A model generated the notes under the pieces. The model did no database searches. It worked only from the letters and a program-made list of their open reading frames with translations, and was not told the DNA's origin. Shown in pieces: positions 23,732 through 33,241 of a stretch of DNA of 64,000 nt. This stretch comes from a virus. Each line of letters begins with the position of its first letter. Position 1 is the stretch's first letter. The stretch lies in IMG/VR virus record IMGVR_UViG_3300045303_000182, positions 1 to 64,000 of that record, one strand, 5' to 3'. The position numbers and the translations under genes are program-made.

Positions 23732-25861
23732 CTAGCCCTTCGCCTCTGCCCAAGTATCTCCCGTCGCCGCCGAGGCGACGAGCGGGACGGTCCCGAGGAT
23801 CGGCTTGCCGCTGACCGGATCCATGACTCCTTCCATCACCTTCTTGGTGATGAGCTCGGCCTCGGCAGCCACCTCGTCGTCAGCGATGACGATGATCTCG
23901 TCGTGGACCTGGGCGATCATCGTCGCCCCCTTCGGGAGGGTGTCATGTAGCTCGACCATCGCCAGCTTGGTGACGTAGGCAGCGAAGCCCTGACACAGGG
24001 CGTTGATCGCCTGACGCTCAGCGTGGAAGCGGATGTAGTCCTTGTCGAGTTCGAACAGGTTGGGCAGCCGACGGAGCCGTCCGAAGGGCGGGATGACGAC
24101 GCGCGGTGGGTCCATCCACGGGTTCTGTCGATCGCCTCGCTTGCGGGCCAGTTGCAGTTCGCGATATTTCCACCGCTCTAGCAGGGCGAACGTAGCGAAG
24201 TATGACCTAATCAGTTCCTGCGCCCTGTCGATGCTGCAGCGGGCCACGTAGGCGATCTTGTCGGGGCCAGCGCCGTAGAGCACGGCGAAGTTCTGCGTCT
24301 TGCCCACCTGCCTGAGCTCGGAGGACACGTCGGCCGGGTCCATGCGGAACATGGCTGCCGCAGCCGAGCGATGGATGTCCTCGCCACGCTTGAAGACCCG
24401 GACCATCTCGGGGTCACCTGATAGGAACCCGGCGCAGCGCAGTTCGATCTGGTCGTAGTCGGCCACGATCAGGCGTCGGCCAGGGCCAGCCACGAACAGT
24501 TCCCGGATCGAGTGGCGACCCTTCTGCTCGCGTGGCAACTGGTGGATGTTCGGCTCGCTGGCCGAGAACCGTCCGGTCACCGTGCCGTGGAACTTGAACG
24601 AGGAGTGGACCGTCGGCAGCCCACCGGGGTGCGAGACGAGGAACTTGTCCATGCCGTCGATGAAGGTGCCGCGCAGCTTCTCCAGGCCCGCCCAGTCGGA
24701 GAGCAACTCGGCCATGCGGTTGCCCTTCTCGGCGTAGTACTCCAGCACCGCGGCGGTGACCTGAGGTACCTCCTCCTTCTGCGTGCGCGTACGGACACGG
24801 AGGTTCTGGCTCTTGAGCTTGAGCTTGTTCTGGCCGTAGACCGGGATCGGCACGCCGGCAGGGTTGGTGTGACCGCTCTCTCCGAACAGCACCCAGCGCT
24901 TGGCGTCGAGGTTGGAGAGGGGGAACTGGTCCCCGGCGATCTTCCACGCCTCCTGCTCGGCCTCAGCGATCTGTGACTGCAGGGACGCGCGCACCTCCTC
25001 CATACGGGACAGGTCGATCGGGAAGCCGTGGACCTCCATCCGCATCACCGAGGCGTAGACCTGCATCTCAAAGTCGTAGACCTGACGCAGGCCCTTGCGC
25101 TCGAGGCGCGGGATGAGATCCTGGAACCTCATCCAGGCATATCGAACGTCCTTAGCCAGGTATCGGGCGATCTCATCCATGCCGAAGTTGTCGGTGCCCT
25201 GCTTGCCGAGGTTGGGGTACCAGGCGGCGCGCTTGTCGTAAGGCACCTTGAACCAGTCGGCGGTCAACGTCTTGAGGTCGTAGCTCATCCGGTCCTCGTC
25301 CAGGACGTGGGTGAGCACGATGGTGTCGTGGTAGGGGCCAGGTGGGATCTCGCCGCCGTAGTACTTCGCCACCGTCTCCAGGTCGAACTTGACGTTGTGG
25401 CCGACCTTGCCCTTGTCGCTGAACATGATCGGCCGCAGCAGGTCCATCACCTCATGCGGGTACAACTGCGTCGGCGGGGGCCAGTAGGTGGCCTCGACGT
25501 TGTGCTCGACCGCGCGCCACGACGGCTTGCGCTGCTCGACGGGGAGCTTGCGCGTGCCTGGCGTGTACGAGCGCACGTCGTCAGGCCCGTAGAAGAGGAA
25601 CGCTGCCGTCTTGTCCTTGTGCCGGGGCTTCTTCACCGGGCCGAGCGGGTGGCCGCAGGGGATCAGATGGACCAGGCCCTCAGCACCGATGCCGATCCAG
25701 CGAAGCTCGTTGCGTGCAGCGCCACCGAAGGTGGTCTCCACATCGAACACGAAGTTCGGGCGGTCCTTATAGAGAGCGACCGCTTGCTCTACTTCGTCTA
25801 CCGTGGTGAGGACGTGCGGAGCACGACGAAGAGTCCCCCCAGCTTCATCATCGTGCTCCAC
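23732..25861 (-). CDS. polA: Family A DNA polymerase with 3'-5' exonuclease
   Basis: Exo I FDVET, Exo II HNVKFD, Exo III YLAKD; TGRFS, motif A DYDQIELR, motif B KTQNFAVLYG, motif C VHDE. Confidence 0.95.
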   Translation of the reverse strand: MEHDDEAGGTLRRAPHVLTTVDEVEQAVALYKDRPNFVFDVETTFGGAARNELRWIGIGAEGLVHLIPCGHPLGPVKKPRHKDKTAAFLFYGPDDVRSYTPGTRKLPVEQRKPSWRAVEHNVEATYWPPPTQLYPHEVMDLLRPIMFSDKGKVGHNVKFDLETVAKYYGGEIPPGPYHDTIVLTHVLDEDRMSYDLKTLTADWFKVPYDKRAAWYPNLGKQGTDNFGMDEIARYLAKDVRYAWMRFQDLIPRLERKGLRQVYDFEMQVYASVMRMEVHGFPIDLSRMEEVRASLQSQIAEAEQEAWKIAGDQFPLSNLDAKRWVLFGESGHTNPAGVPIPVYGQNKLKLKSQNLRVRTRTQKEEVPQVTAAVLEYYAEKGNRMAELLSDWAGLEKLRGTFIDGMDKFLVSHPGGLPTVHSSFKFHGTVTGRFSASEPNIHQLPREQKGRHSIRELFVAGPGRRLIVADYDQIELRCAGFLSGDPEMVRVFKRGEDIHRSAAAAMFRMDPADVSSELRQVGKTQNFAVLYGAGPDKIAYVARCSIDRAQELIRSYFATFALLERWKYRELQLARKRGDRQNPWMDPPRVVIPPFGRLRRLPNLFELDKDYIRFHAERQAINALCQGFAAYVTKLAMVELHDTLPKGATMIAQVHDEIIVIADDEVAAEAELITKKVMEGVMDPVSGKPILGTVPLVASAATGDTWAEAKG

Positions 25862-25870
25862 ACGCGTCCT

Positions 25871-26623
25871 CTAGTACTCGTCAGCAATCTCGGCAGCGAT
25901 GCCTTCCAACTCCTTGGTCTTGGGCATCGTGATGATGTCGGCGTCGTACAGCCCGAGCTTCGCCATCTCCTCCGGGGTCGGAGCTTCGATGTCATAGTCG
26001 TCGCTCAGGCTGTGCGCCTTGATCGGGACCAACTGGTAGTTGACGGTGCCCTTCTTGCCCGACCGGCTGGCGAGGAAGTAGCCCTTGCTGATCGGTGCGA
26101 CCTTCGGGTCGCGGGCGTAGTTCTCCACGATGCCGAGCAGCTTGGGGCCGCAGTCGAACGTCTTGAGCAGCGGCACCCCGTCGTCACCGATGAGGGCGAT
26201 GTTGAAGGCGCTGACCGCCTGGGCCTTGTCCCCGGCCTCGCACAGCGGGCAGGTGGGCTTGCCGAAGTTCTTGAGGCAGTTGTAGCTGCGGAGCGAGCGA
26301 CCCGTCGGGGTCATGCGCTCGATCCAGTGACGCGTGTAGCTCGCGTACGGCTCGTCTTCCAGGAACTTGATCACCTGGATCTGCTCGGTCAGCTTGAACG
26401 CCTGAGCGAAGCTCGAGGTGGAGTCGGCCACCTGGCGTGCGGCTGAGAAGCCACGACGGATGTGGGATGACGGCTTGTCTTCGCCGCCCTCGTCTTCGGC
26501 CTCGTCGTCCTCAGGCTCCTCGACTGGAGCGGCGGCTCGACGGCTGGGTGTGGGGGCCTCGTCCTCATCCTCATCACGCTGGCGTGGGATCTGACGCGCG
26601 GCTCGCTTCGTTGGCGTTGCCAT
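25871..26623 (-). CDS. Single-stranded DNA-binding protein (gp32-like, Zn-binding)
   Basis: Start MATPTKR at 26623; IKFL, HW, C...CPLC core; acidic tail; adjacent to the polymerase. Confidence 0.75.
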   Translation of the reverse strand: MATPTKRAARQIPRQRDEDEDEAPTPSRRAAAPVEEPEDDEAEDEGGEDKPSSHIRRGFSAARQVADSTSSFAQAFKLTEQIQVIKFLEDEPYASYTRHWIERMTPTGRSLRSYNCLKNFGKPTCPLCEAGDKAQAVSAFNIALIGDDGVPLLKTFDCGPKLLGIVENYARDPKVAPISKGYFLASRSGKKGTVNYQLVPIKAHSLSDDYDIEAPTPEEMAKLGLYDADIITMPKTKELEGIAAEIADEY

Positions 26624-26661
26624 GGTGTACTCCGTTTCGTGGGTTGTGTTAGTGCAGTGTG

Positions 26662-27108
26662 TTACGTGTTGCTCGACGTGAGTTGTTCGAACAGGACTTT
26701 GACATCCCGAGCGAACGCTGCAGTCGGTGGTCGCTTGTTCAGGATCACCTTGTGCCGACGAGCGAGTCGCAGAATACCCTCGATCTGCTCCCGCGTCCAG
26801 AGGCGCTTCCCCTTGTTCGATCGTCCCCCGGCTACCGGCTTCTTCGTCCGCGGTGAGCGGAACGGGGAGCGAGGGAGCAACCCCTTGTCCTCCCAAGCAC
26901 GGATGGATTGGACCGAGTAGCCGAGGGCCTCAGCGAGGCTAGAGATCGTGAAGAACTCTTCCACCTGGCCGCTGACCATGTATCGGACGGGCTTCTCGGT
27001 CCATAGGGGGGTATCGGGCGCTGGTTCCCCCTTGGTACCCCGGTTCACCGGCTTGCGCCGGCCGGGGTAGTCGAGGTCATCGAACCGCTCTGCGAGTGAG
27101 TCACTCAC
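26662..27108 (-). CDS. MerR-like HTH DNA-binding protein
   Basis: FTISSLAEALGYSVQSIRAWEDKGLLP...RLWT. Confidence 0.85.
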   Translation of the reverse strand: MSDSLAERFDDLDYPGRRKPVNRGTKGEPAPDTPLWTEKPVRYMVSGQVEEFFTISSLAEALGYSVQSIRAWEDKGLLPRSPFRSPRTKKPVAGGRSNKGKRLWTREQIEGILRLARRHKVILNKRPPTAAFARDVKVLFEQLTSSNT

Positions 27109-27376
27109 CGTTGCCTCCAGCCGCCAGGGCTTTCGCCAGGGAGAGACGATGGGCTTCCTCCACGTCCTCGGTGGGGTACTCGATCGCCACTGCTGTGGCG
27201 AGAGCCGGGGGCGGCTCGGGAAGCTCGACGTTCACTGTGCCCACGATACGCGGGGGTGTCGGACAGGTGACGATGATCTCGACGGCGACCTCGTTGACCG
27301 CAAGCTGCGGTCGGCGCTTCGCCAGTCGTAAGTCATCACCGTTGCGGATGACGAGCCAAGTGTGGATGGTCTTCAC
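27101..27376 (-). CDS. Hypothetical protein
   Basis: Coupled ORF, 91 aa. Confidence 0.65.
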   Translation of the reverse strand: MKTIHTWLVIRNGDDLRLAKRRPQLAVNEVAVEIIVTCPTPPRIVGTVNVELPEPPPALATAVAIEYPTEDVEEAHRLSLAKALAAGGNGE

Positions 27377-27753
27377 GACGCCTTCTTCCGTCCACGTATC
27401 GGGGTGGGTTCCCGTTCAGGCCCGAGGAAGTAGGAGGGGTCGAGTGTGTCCCAGTAGGTGGCGCGCCACCAGCTGAGGTCGTGCTTCTCTTCCAACGCCT
27501 GCGTGTACCAAGGGGGCTTGTCGTAGGTGCGAGGAGCTAGGCGCTGCCCGGTGATGCGCGACACCTTGTCGTAGGCCAAGGTGCCGCACTGCACACACCG
27601 CTGCACGAACAGGTGCCCGAACTCGGGCCTCGGTGTGCCTGGCGGTGCCGGGATCGGCTCCAGCGTGTGACGCCGAGAGGCGACACAGCGGGAGGCTTCC
27701 AAGATGGCGTGAGCCAGATCTTCTTGACTGAGGCGTGGGTGTCTACGGGGCAC
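27373..27753 (-). CDS. Cys-containing hypothetical protein
   Basis: C...H...CVQCGT...Y..P..Y; CAGGAG RBS. Confidence 0.7.
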   Translation of the reverse strand: MPRRHPRLSQEDLAHAILEASRCVASRRHTLEPIPAPPGTPRPEFGHLFVQRCVQCGTLAYDKVSRITGQRLAPRTYDKPPWYTQALEEKHDLSWWRATYWDTLDPSYFLGPEREPTPIRGRKKAS

Positions 27754-27799
27754 TGTGTTACTCCTGCGGTAGGTGAGGAGCAGACCGTAGCACTAGCTA

Positions 27800-27946
27800 C
27801 TAGCGAGAAAGAATCCGACGGGCGTGGATGTAGCCCCACAAGGGGTTGTACCTGAACCCGGCGAAGCGGGTCCGCGGTCTGACCACCACGCAGAGGTCAC
27901 CGACCTCTGCGTGGCAGGTCGGGCAGTCAACAGCGAGCGTCCGCAT
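27800..27946 (-). CDS. 48-aa zinc-finger protein
   Basis: MRTLAVDCPTCHAEVGDLC...IHARR (CP.C.A..G..C...H..R); TGATG overlap. Confidence 0.65.
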   Translation of the reverse strand: MRTLAVDCPTCHAEVGDLCVVVRPRTRFAGFRYNPLWGYIHARRILSR

Positions 27947-28161
27947 CAGTGAACGATCAACTCTTCGGCTTCCCAGCGCTCCAGGCTCTCCTGCAGCGCG
28001 CGCTCGACCATGTACGAGACGCTGACGCCACGTCGGTCGGCCTGTCGCTTGAGGCGGTCGCGCGTTCGCTTCTGCGTGCGCGTGTTCAACTGGACCCGCA
28101 CCCCCTTGATCGGGGGTCGGCCTCCCTTGTTCTTCGGTGCGTCGATGACTGCGGTGCTCAT
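27946..28161 (-). CDS. Ribbon-helix-helix DNA-binding protein
   Basis: GRPP...VQLNTR...RDRLKRQADRRGVSVSYMVERAL; start at 28161 (ATGA overlap). Confidence 0.8.
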   Translation of the reverse strand: MSTAVIDAPKNKGGRPPIKGVRVQLNTRTQKRTRDRLKRQADRRGVSVSYMVERALQESLERWEAEELIVH

Positions 28162-28646
28162 GATTCTGAATCCTCTGTGAGATAGAAGGCGAACGTGCTG
28201 GACTCTGAGTAGAGAGCAGCCAGTTCCTTGTCGGTGATCTTCCCGGCGTAGTTCGCAGCGAGGATGGCGTCCTCGTCCACGGCCACGATGGTCTGTGTGC
28301 ATTCCTCGGTCAGGCCCTTGCGAGCGAGCAGCTTGAGCGCCTTGTCCTCGTCCAGACGGTTGGCGACGCGCTCGCGGCGTTCGATGCCGACGATCTTCTT
28401 GGGGGCTGCCTTGCCCGCCTTGTACTGCGTGTAGGGCAACGGAGCGTCGAGCGCGAGCACCTGCTTGTGCTTCTCGACCTGATCACCGACCGCCTCGAGG
28501 ATGCCCATCAAGTCCTTCTTGAGGCGTCCTTCGTGGTACTCGGAGCGCTCACGCATGGAGCGGTTCTGCAGGTACTCCTCGACGGCCGGCGTGAGCTCGG
28601 CAGTGGACTGGTTCCTGGGGATGACTCTCTTACGTGCTGTCGCCAT
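28158..28646 (-). CDS. Phage hypothetical protein
   Basis: 162 aa; N-terminal RKRVIPR; TAGCAT 7 nt upstream of the ATG. Confidence 0.8.
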   Translation of the reverse strand: MATARKRVIPRNQSTAELTPAVEEYLQNRSMRERSEYHEGRLKKDLMGILEAVGDQVEKHKQVLALDAPLPYTQYKAGKAAPKKIVGIERRERVANRLDEDKALKLLARKGLTEECTQTIVAVDEDAILAANYAGKITDKELAALYSESSTFAFYLTEDSES

Positions 28647-28672
28647 GTCTTACATGCTACAGAGTGATAGCA

Positions 28673-30223
28673 CTAACCGTCTACAAACTCACGTAGCGAC
28701 TCCAAGTCAAGGTTGAGCGTACCCGACTTAGGATCGAAGTCACCGTCGATGAAAGCCCTGCTCACGGCACGTTTCTGGATGAGCATGTTGAACATCCGCT
28801 CCTCGATTGTGCCCTCCCCGAACATGTACCCGACCATGATCTGATCGAAGGCTGAGTTGGTCCGATCGATGCGGCTGATGCGCTGAGACAGTGCCCCGGC
28901 GCTCCACGGCAGGTCGTAGCAGATGAGGTGGCTGCCCTGGTTCAGGTCCACGCCGTAGGCCCCGGCGTCCGAGGAGAGGAAGACCCGACAGTCGGGGTCG
29001 GTGTTGAAGCGCACGATGTTGGCGTCCCGCTGCGCCGTGCTCACGTCCCCCGTTATCTTCACCCAGTGGACAGACCTCTTGGCGAACTCAGCACCCATCA
29101 TCGCGAGCATGGGCTTGAAGAACGAGAAGATGACGAGCTTGTGCCTGGGATCCTCGGTGAGGATCTCCTCGGCGTGCTCCATCAGTGCGTCGAGCTTGGC
29201 TGTGTTCGCTGGGAGGTTGTCGAGCAGGCCAGCAGCCTTCAGGTCGCTCGCGTACTGCGACCCGGCTGCTGATATCTCACTATCGAACTGGTCAGCCGAG
29301 AGCCGCAGCAGTTGGGGGTGGCTGGACAGCATCCGCATGGCGAGCATGCGCGACATGACCTGGCCCATCGGCGTGGTGGCACCGTGACCGTCGGCGCGGC
29401 CGTAGTGCGCCGCCAGGTTGAAGCCACCGCCCTGGCCTGCCTCCAGGGCCTGCTCGATCGCCAGGCTCAGATCCTTCTTGACGTACTCATGGAGGGCCAT
29501 GGCTGCCGGGTCGAGGGTCACCGGCATCTCCAGTTCGATCATGTCCGGGAGCCACTCCTTGATGTCCTCGCGGCTCTTGCGGTACATCGCCTCGCCCAGG
29601 CGCTGCTTGATCAGCCCAAGGTTGCGGTACTTCTTCGGCTTGCCCCAGTGGTCGCGCTCGATGAACGTGCGATCGAACTTGGGGAACGGACCCAGCACCT
29701 CGGGGTTGATGAACTCCATGATCGAGAAGAGCTCCTCGGGCCGGTTCTCGACAGGTTGTCCCGATAGCCCGATACGGACGGGACATGACTTGCCCAGCAC
29801 CTTGGCCCGCCGGGAGGTCTTCGCGCTGAAGCCCTTCAGCATCGTGACCTCGTCAGCGATGATGAAGTCGATCGGCAGGTACTGCTTGATCTCCTCCCAG
29901 TCGTGGATCAGACACTGGTAGTGGAGGATGGTGTAGTTGAAGCGGTGGGCCTTGCGGATGGCCGCGACGCGCGCCTTCTTGTCGCCGTCCACCACCTGCA
30001 CGCTGGCCCTGGGATCCCACTTCTTGATCTCGCGGACCCACTGGCCCTTCGTGCTCTTGAGGGCGAACACCACGCCGTGATCGACCTGGCGCTGCCGGCG
30101 CATCTTCCGCACCGCAGCGACGGACGTGGCTGTCTTGCCTGCTCCCATGGTGAGGGCCAGCAGCAGGTCGCCGCGAGCGATGATGCGCTCGACGGCCTCG
30201 GCTTGGTAGGGGCGTAGCTCCAC
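28673..30223 (-). CDS. SNF2/SF2 helicase-ATPase
   Basis: LRPYQ, MGAGKT, IADE, LSGQPVEN, GVDL, QRISRIDR; GTG start at 30223. Confidence 0.92.
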   Translation of the reverse strand: MELRPYQAEAVERIIARGDLLLALTMGAGKTATSVAAVRKMRRQRQVDHGVVFALKSTKGQWVREIKKWDPRASVQVVDGDKKARVAAIRKAHRFNYTILHYQCLIHDWEEIKQYLPIDFIIADEVTMLKGFSAKTSRRAKVLGKSCPVRIGLSGQPVENRPEELFSIMEFINPEVLGPFPKFDRTFIERDHWGKPKKYRNLGLIKQRLGEAMYRKSREDIKEWLPDMIELEMPVTLDPAAMALHEYVKKDLSLAIEQALEAGQGGGFNLAAHYGRADGHGATTPMGQVMSRMLAMRMLSSHPQLLRLSADQFDSEISAAGSQYASDLKAAGLLDNLPANTAKLDALMEHAEEILTEDPRHKLVIFSFFKPMLAMMGAEFAKRSVHWVKITGDVSTAQRDANIVRFNTDPDCRVFLSSDAGAYGVDLNQGSHLICYDLPWSAGALSQRISRIDRTNSAFDQIMVGYMFGEGTIEERMFNMLIQKRAVSRAFIDGDFDPKSGTLNLDLESLREFVDG

Positions 30224-30227
30224 TATG

Positions 30228-30557
30228 TCAACAGTACTGGCGGGGGATGATCCTCTTGCGGGGCGTGGACCGGAGGATGAGCCGGTACTCAAACAGACCC
30301 CTGCGTGGATCGCCCCGACGCCGACGCTCCACCGTGTGCCTACCGAAGCGGGCCTTGCGGAAGTCACGCAGGCGAGCGCTGATGGACTGGAGGGGGTAGT
30401 AGTCCCCGCCGCTGAGGACGATCATCTCCTGGATCTCATCCAGGGTGCGCCACGCACCGTCCCGTGTGATGTCGAACACCACCCGCCACTGACCCGTGAG
30501 ACGCACCCCATCCAGTCGGATGTCGAATGTCTCACCGTCGAAACGATGGACTGTCAT
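30228..30557 (-). CDS. Winged-helix-like phage DNA-binding protein
   Basis: DGAWRTLDEI...SISARLRDFRK..FG...EYRL; start at 30557; C-terminal RKRIIPR. Confidence 0.75.
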   Translation of the reverse strand: MTVHRFDGETFDIRLDGVRLTGQWRVVFDITRDGAWRTLDEIQEMIVLSGGDYYPLQSISARLRDFRKARFGRHTVERRRRGDPRRGLFEYRLILRSTPRKRIIPRQYC

Positions 30558-31465
30558 AGCCCAAAGGTACGCGTTCGCGTGAAGGCCGCGAGCAACGCTG
30601 CGTCGTCGGGCACGTCGCCCACGTCCTTGGCTGGGTCGCCGTCGGCATCGACCAGGCCGGTGTAGTCCCAGTCGATGGCGGCGCAGCCCTGCTTCTTGAG
30701 CATCGGCTTGACGATGGCGGTGGCTTCCTTCCCCGCCTTGTCGTTGTCGAGGGCGAGGATGACATACGAGAAGCAGCGAGCCATGAGCGTGACCTGATCG
30801 CGCGACACCCAGGCTCCGAGGGAGGCCACGGCCGGGATGCCTGCGCCGAACAGGCGCACGGCGTCGAGCGGTGACTCGACCAGCACCGCGTAGTCCCCGT
30901 CCTTCACCGTGTCGTAACCGAACAACGTCTGGCTCTTCGCCATGCCAGATGGGAGGGTGAGCACCGATCCCTGCTGGCGATACTGCGCTCCGAGGAGGTT
31001 GCCTCGAGGATCCCGGATCGGCATCACCCATTGCCTCGTATCCCGGTTCCAGCGCACTTGGTATCGGTCTATGGCGCTTCGGATGAGGTACCTGAGCTCG
31101 AGCAGCCGGCGGGGCACGTCACCGAGGATGTTGGTGATCGCCCACTCGGAGATGACCGGCTCCAGCGTCTCCTCAGGCTGCTCGCGCACCGCCATGCGGC
31201 CGAGGAAGGACTGCCTTCGTAGCTCGTCCACCAGATCAACAGGGGCCGAGCCGGTGAGGTCGTAGAGCAACTGGCTGAGCGTGCCCTTGTAGCCACAGGA
31301 GAAGCAGAAGTGCAGGTAGGTGGTCTTGTTGACCGACCAGGAGGGGTGGGAGTCCTCCTTGCCGGTGCGTTCGAAGTGACCGGGGCAACGGCCCACGATC
31401 TCCTTCGATGTCTCACGTAGCCCTTGGACCCCCGCGGCCTCCAGCATGTCCAGCAACTCAATCAT
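30554..31465 (-). CDS. dnaG: DNA primase (Zn finger plus TOPRIM)
   Basis: CPGH...PSWS...CFSC; VESPLD; LDND. Confidence 0.9.
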   Translation of the reverse strand: MIELLDMLEAAGVQGLRETSKEIVGRCPGHFERTGKEDSHPSWSVNKTTYLHFCFSCGYKGTLSQLLYDLTGSAPVDLVDELRRQSFLGRMAVREQPEETLEPVISEWAITNILGDVPRRLLELRYLIRSAIDRYQVRWNRDTRQWVMPIRDPRGNLLGAQYRQQGSVLTLPSGMAKSQTLFGYDTVKDGDYAVLVESPLDAVRLFGAGIPAVASLGAWVSRDQVTLMARCFSYVILALDNDKAGKEATAIVKPMLKKQGCAAIDWDYTGLVDADGDPAKDVGDVPDDAALLAAFTRTRTFGL

Positions 31466-31481
31466 CGGCCTGGTCCCTCTC

Positions 31482-32822
31482 CTAGTACTCGTCGTCGTCG
31501 TCTGCGAGCTTGTCCGGTCGCTGCCGTAGCCGCTTCGCCTGCAGCATCGGGTCCAGTTCCTCGACCGACCCCTCGCTCCAGTCCCACTCCAGGATCACGT
31601 TCTTGCGTGGCCCGGAGCGGCTCTCGATCACCCTGAACTTGATCTGCACAGGCCCAGCCGTGACGATCTCGTTCTCCTCGTCGTTGTTGCCCCCCGGTGT
31701 CGTCGGGGTGATGCGCTCGACACCGAGGAGGATGTCGGCGTCCTGCGCCCACGACTGGCTGTACATCGCGCTGCCCATGTGCAGCCCGCCCTTCGACCGC
31801 GTCTGCGACGCCTGCGTCGTGACCACGATCGGGATCTTCGATGACTGCGCCAGCCGTTTGAGGCCGCGCGAGATGCTGGTGATCGCCTGAGCCGAGCCGG
31901 GTTCGAACCGGGCCTCCTCGGACTGCATCATGTATGCGCCATCGACTATCACAACATCAGGCTGTAGCTCCTGGATCTTGGCCTGGATGCCTGACACCGT
32001 CATGCCCGACGTGATGTCCGAGGAGAACAGCAGCGAGCGCATGCCGAGCATCGCCTTGTGCGCTGCGTCGATGCGCTTGCGCTCGTTCACCGACATCGTG
32101 CCATTCATGATCTTGGTGAGGTTCACGCCGGCGATCAGCGACAGGGTGCGGTCGGTCTGTTCGATGTTGCTCATCTCGAAACCGACGAACAGCGGACGGA
32201 AGGCGCTCATGTGGATGCGGATCGCCATCGCCAGAGCGGTGGCTGACTTGAAGCTCTTCGGGATACCCATCAGCACCACGAAGTGCTCAGGCTGCAGCCC
32301 ACCAGTGACATAGTCGATGCCCGAGAAGCCAGTGCTGATCCCGCGCAAATACCCTGGGTCGGCCTCGCGCTCGTTGAGGACGCGCTGCACCTCATCGAAG
32401 TACTCCTGCGAGGTGAAGTCGATGTCGTAGGTGCGGTTGCCCTCGACAGCCGCAGCGGTCAGCGTCTCCTTGAGCATCTGCTCCATGAGATCGGTGGCGT
32501 CGGGGTTGTCGGTGTCGTGGTAGTACTTCGCCGCCTCGTCCAGCCCAGCCACCAGGATCGAGAACTTGCGTCGCTGCAGCAGGGCGTTGATGAAGTACTC
32601 CAGCGGCTGCGGGTGGTCGTCCCACACCATCGAGGGGAACGCGCGTTGCACCACGGTGATGTCCGGGCTGGTGCTGTACTCCTTCCAGTGCTTGAGGAGG
32701 TAGCCGTAGACCCGCTTGTACTTGTCGTCGGTGAAGTGGTCCTCGGAGATGCGAGCGTTGACGGCCTGGCGCAGGTCTTGGTGGATGATCACCTTCGCCA
32801 GGAACGCTCCTTGCACATCCAT
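31482..32822 (-). CDS. dnaB: DnaB-like replicative helicase
   Basis: GISTGF..ID..TGGLQ, P-loop GIPKSFKS, FEMS, IVDG, QDAD. Confidence 0.9.
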   Translation of the reverse strand: MDVQGAFLAKVIIHQDLRQAVNARISEDHFTDDKYKRVYGYLLKHWKEYSTSPDITVVQRAFPSMVWDDHPQPLEYFINALLQRRKFSILVAGLDEAAKYYHDTDNPDATDLMEQMLKETLTAAAVEGNRTYDIDFTSQEYFDEVQRVLNEREADPGYLRGISTGFSGIDYVTGGLQPEHFVVLMGIPKSFKSATALAMAIRIHMSAFRPLFVGFEMSNIEQTDRTLSLIAGVNLTKIMNGTMSVNERKRIDAAHKAMLGMRSLLFSSDITSGMTVSGIQAKIQELQPDVVIVDGAYMMQSEEARFEPGSAQAITSISRGLKRLAQSSKIPIVVTTQASQTRSKGGLHMGSAMYSQSWAQDADILLGVERITPTTPGGNNDEENEIVTAGPVQIKFRVIESRSGPRKNVILEWDWSEGSVEELDPMLQAKRLRQRPDKLADDDDEY

Positions 32823-33241
32823 CAGATGTCCTCTCCCGGTACGACGGCGTGCCCGAGTTGGCCGTACTGGTCGAGACGGGTGGGGTCTGAATCGTAGACC
32901 CGCTGCACGTCGCGCTGGTACCTGAGGAGGGTGGCGAACTCCGAGAACGACCGGTATCGAATCTCGTCGTACTGCAGGCCCACCTCGTCCAGGAACTCGG
33001 CAGCCTGGTCAGCGAAGTCCTGGCTCACGAAGGTCACCAGATCCTGTGCCGTGTCGGGCCAGCGATCCTTCATGTACAGCATCCGCTTGAGCGGCACGTC
33101 GTACCAGGAGGCGTTGTAGCCGGTCACCTTGCTGCCGCGGAAGCGGCGCTCTGTCACGACAGGATCGACGCGGCAGAGCACCCCCTCCACGACCACGACG
33201 TAGCGCGGCCGAGTCCAAAGCTCGAGGTCACCGCGCTGCAT
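32822..33241 (-). CDS. HAD-fold-like protein lacking the DxD motif
   Basis: Start MQRGDL at 33241; VVVEGVL, LVT, VYDSD. Confidence 0.55.
   Translation of the reverse strand: MQRGDLELWTRPRYVVVVEGVLCRVDPVVTERRFRGSKVTGYNASWYDVPLKRMLYMKDRWPDTAQDLVTFVSQDFADQAAEFLDEVGLQYDEIRYRSFSEFATLLRYQRDVQRVYDSDPTRLDQYGQLGHAVVPGEDI

Noticed and set aside
23732-25861. Intein or intron in the polymerase (RecA and helicases also checked)
   Set aside because: Lengths are normal and no intein termini or homing-endonuclease motifs were seen
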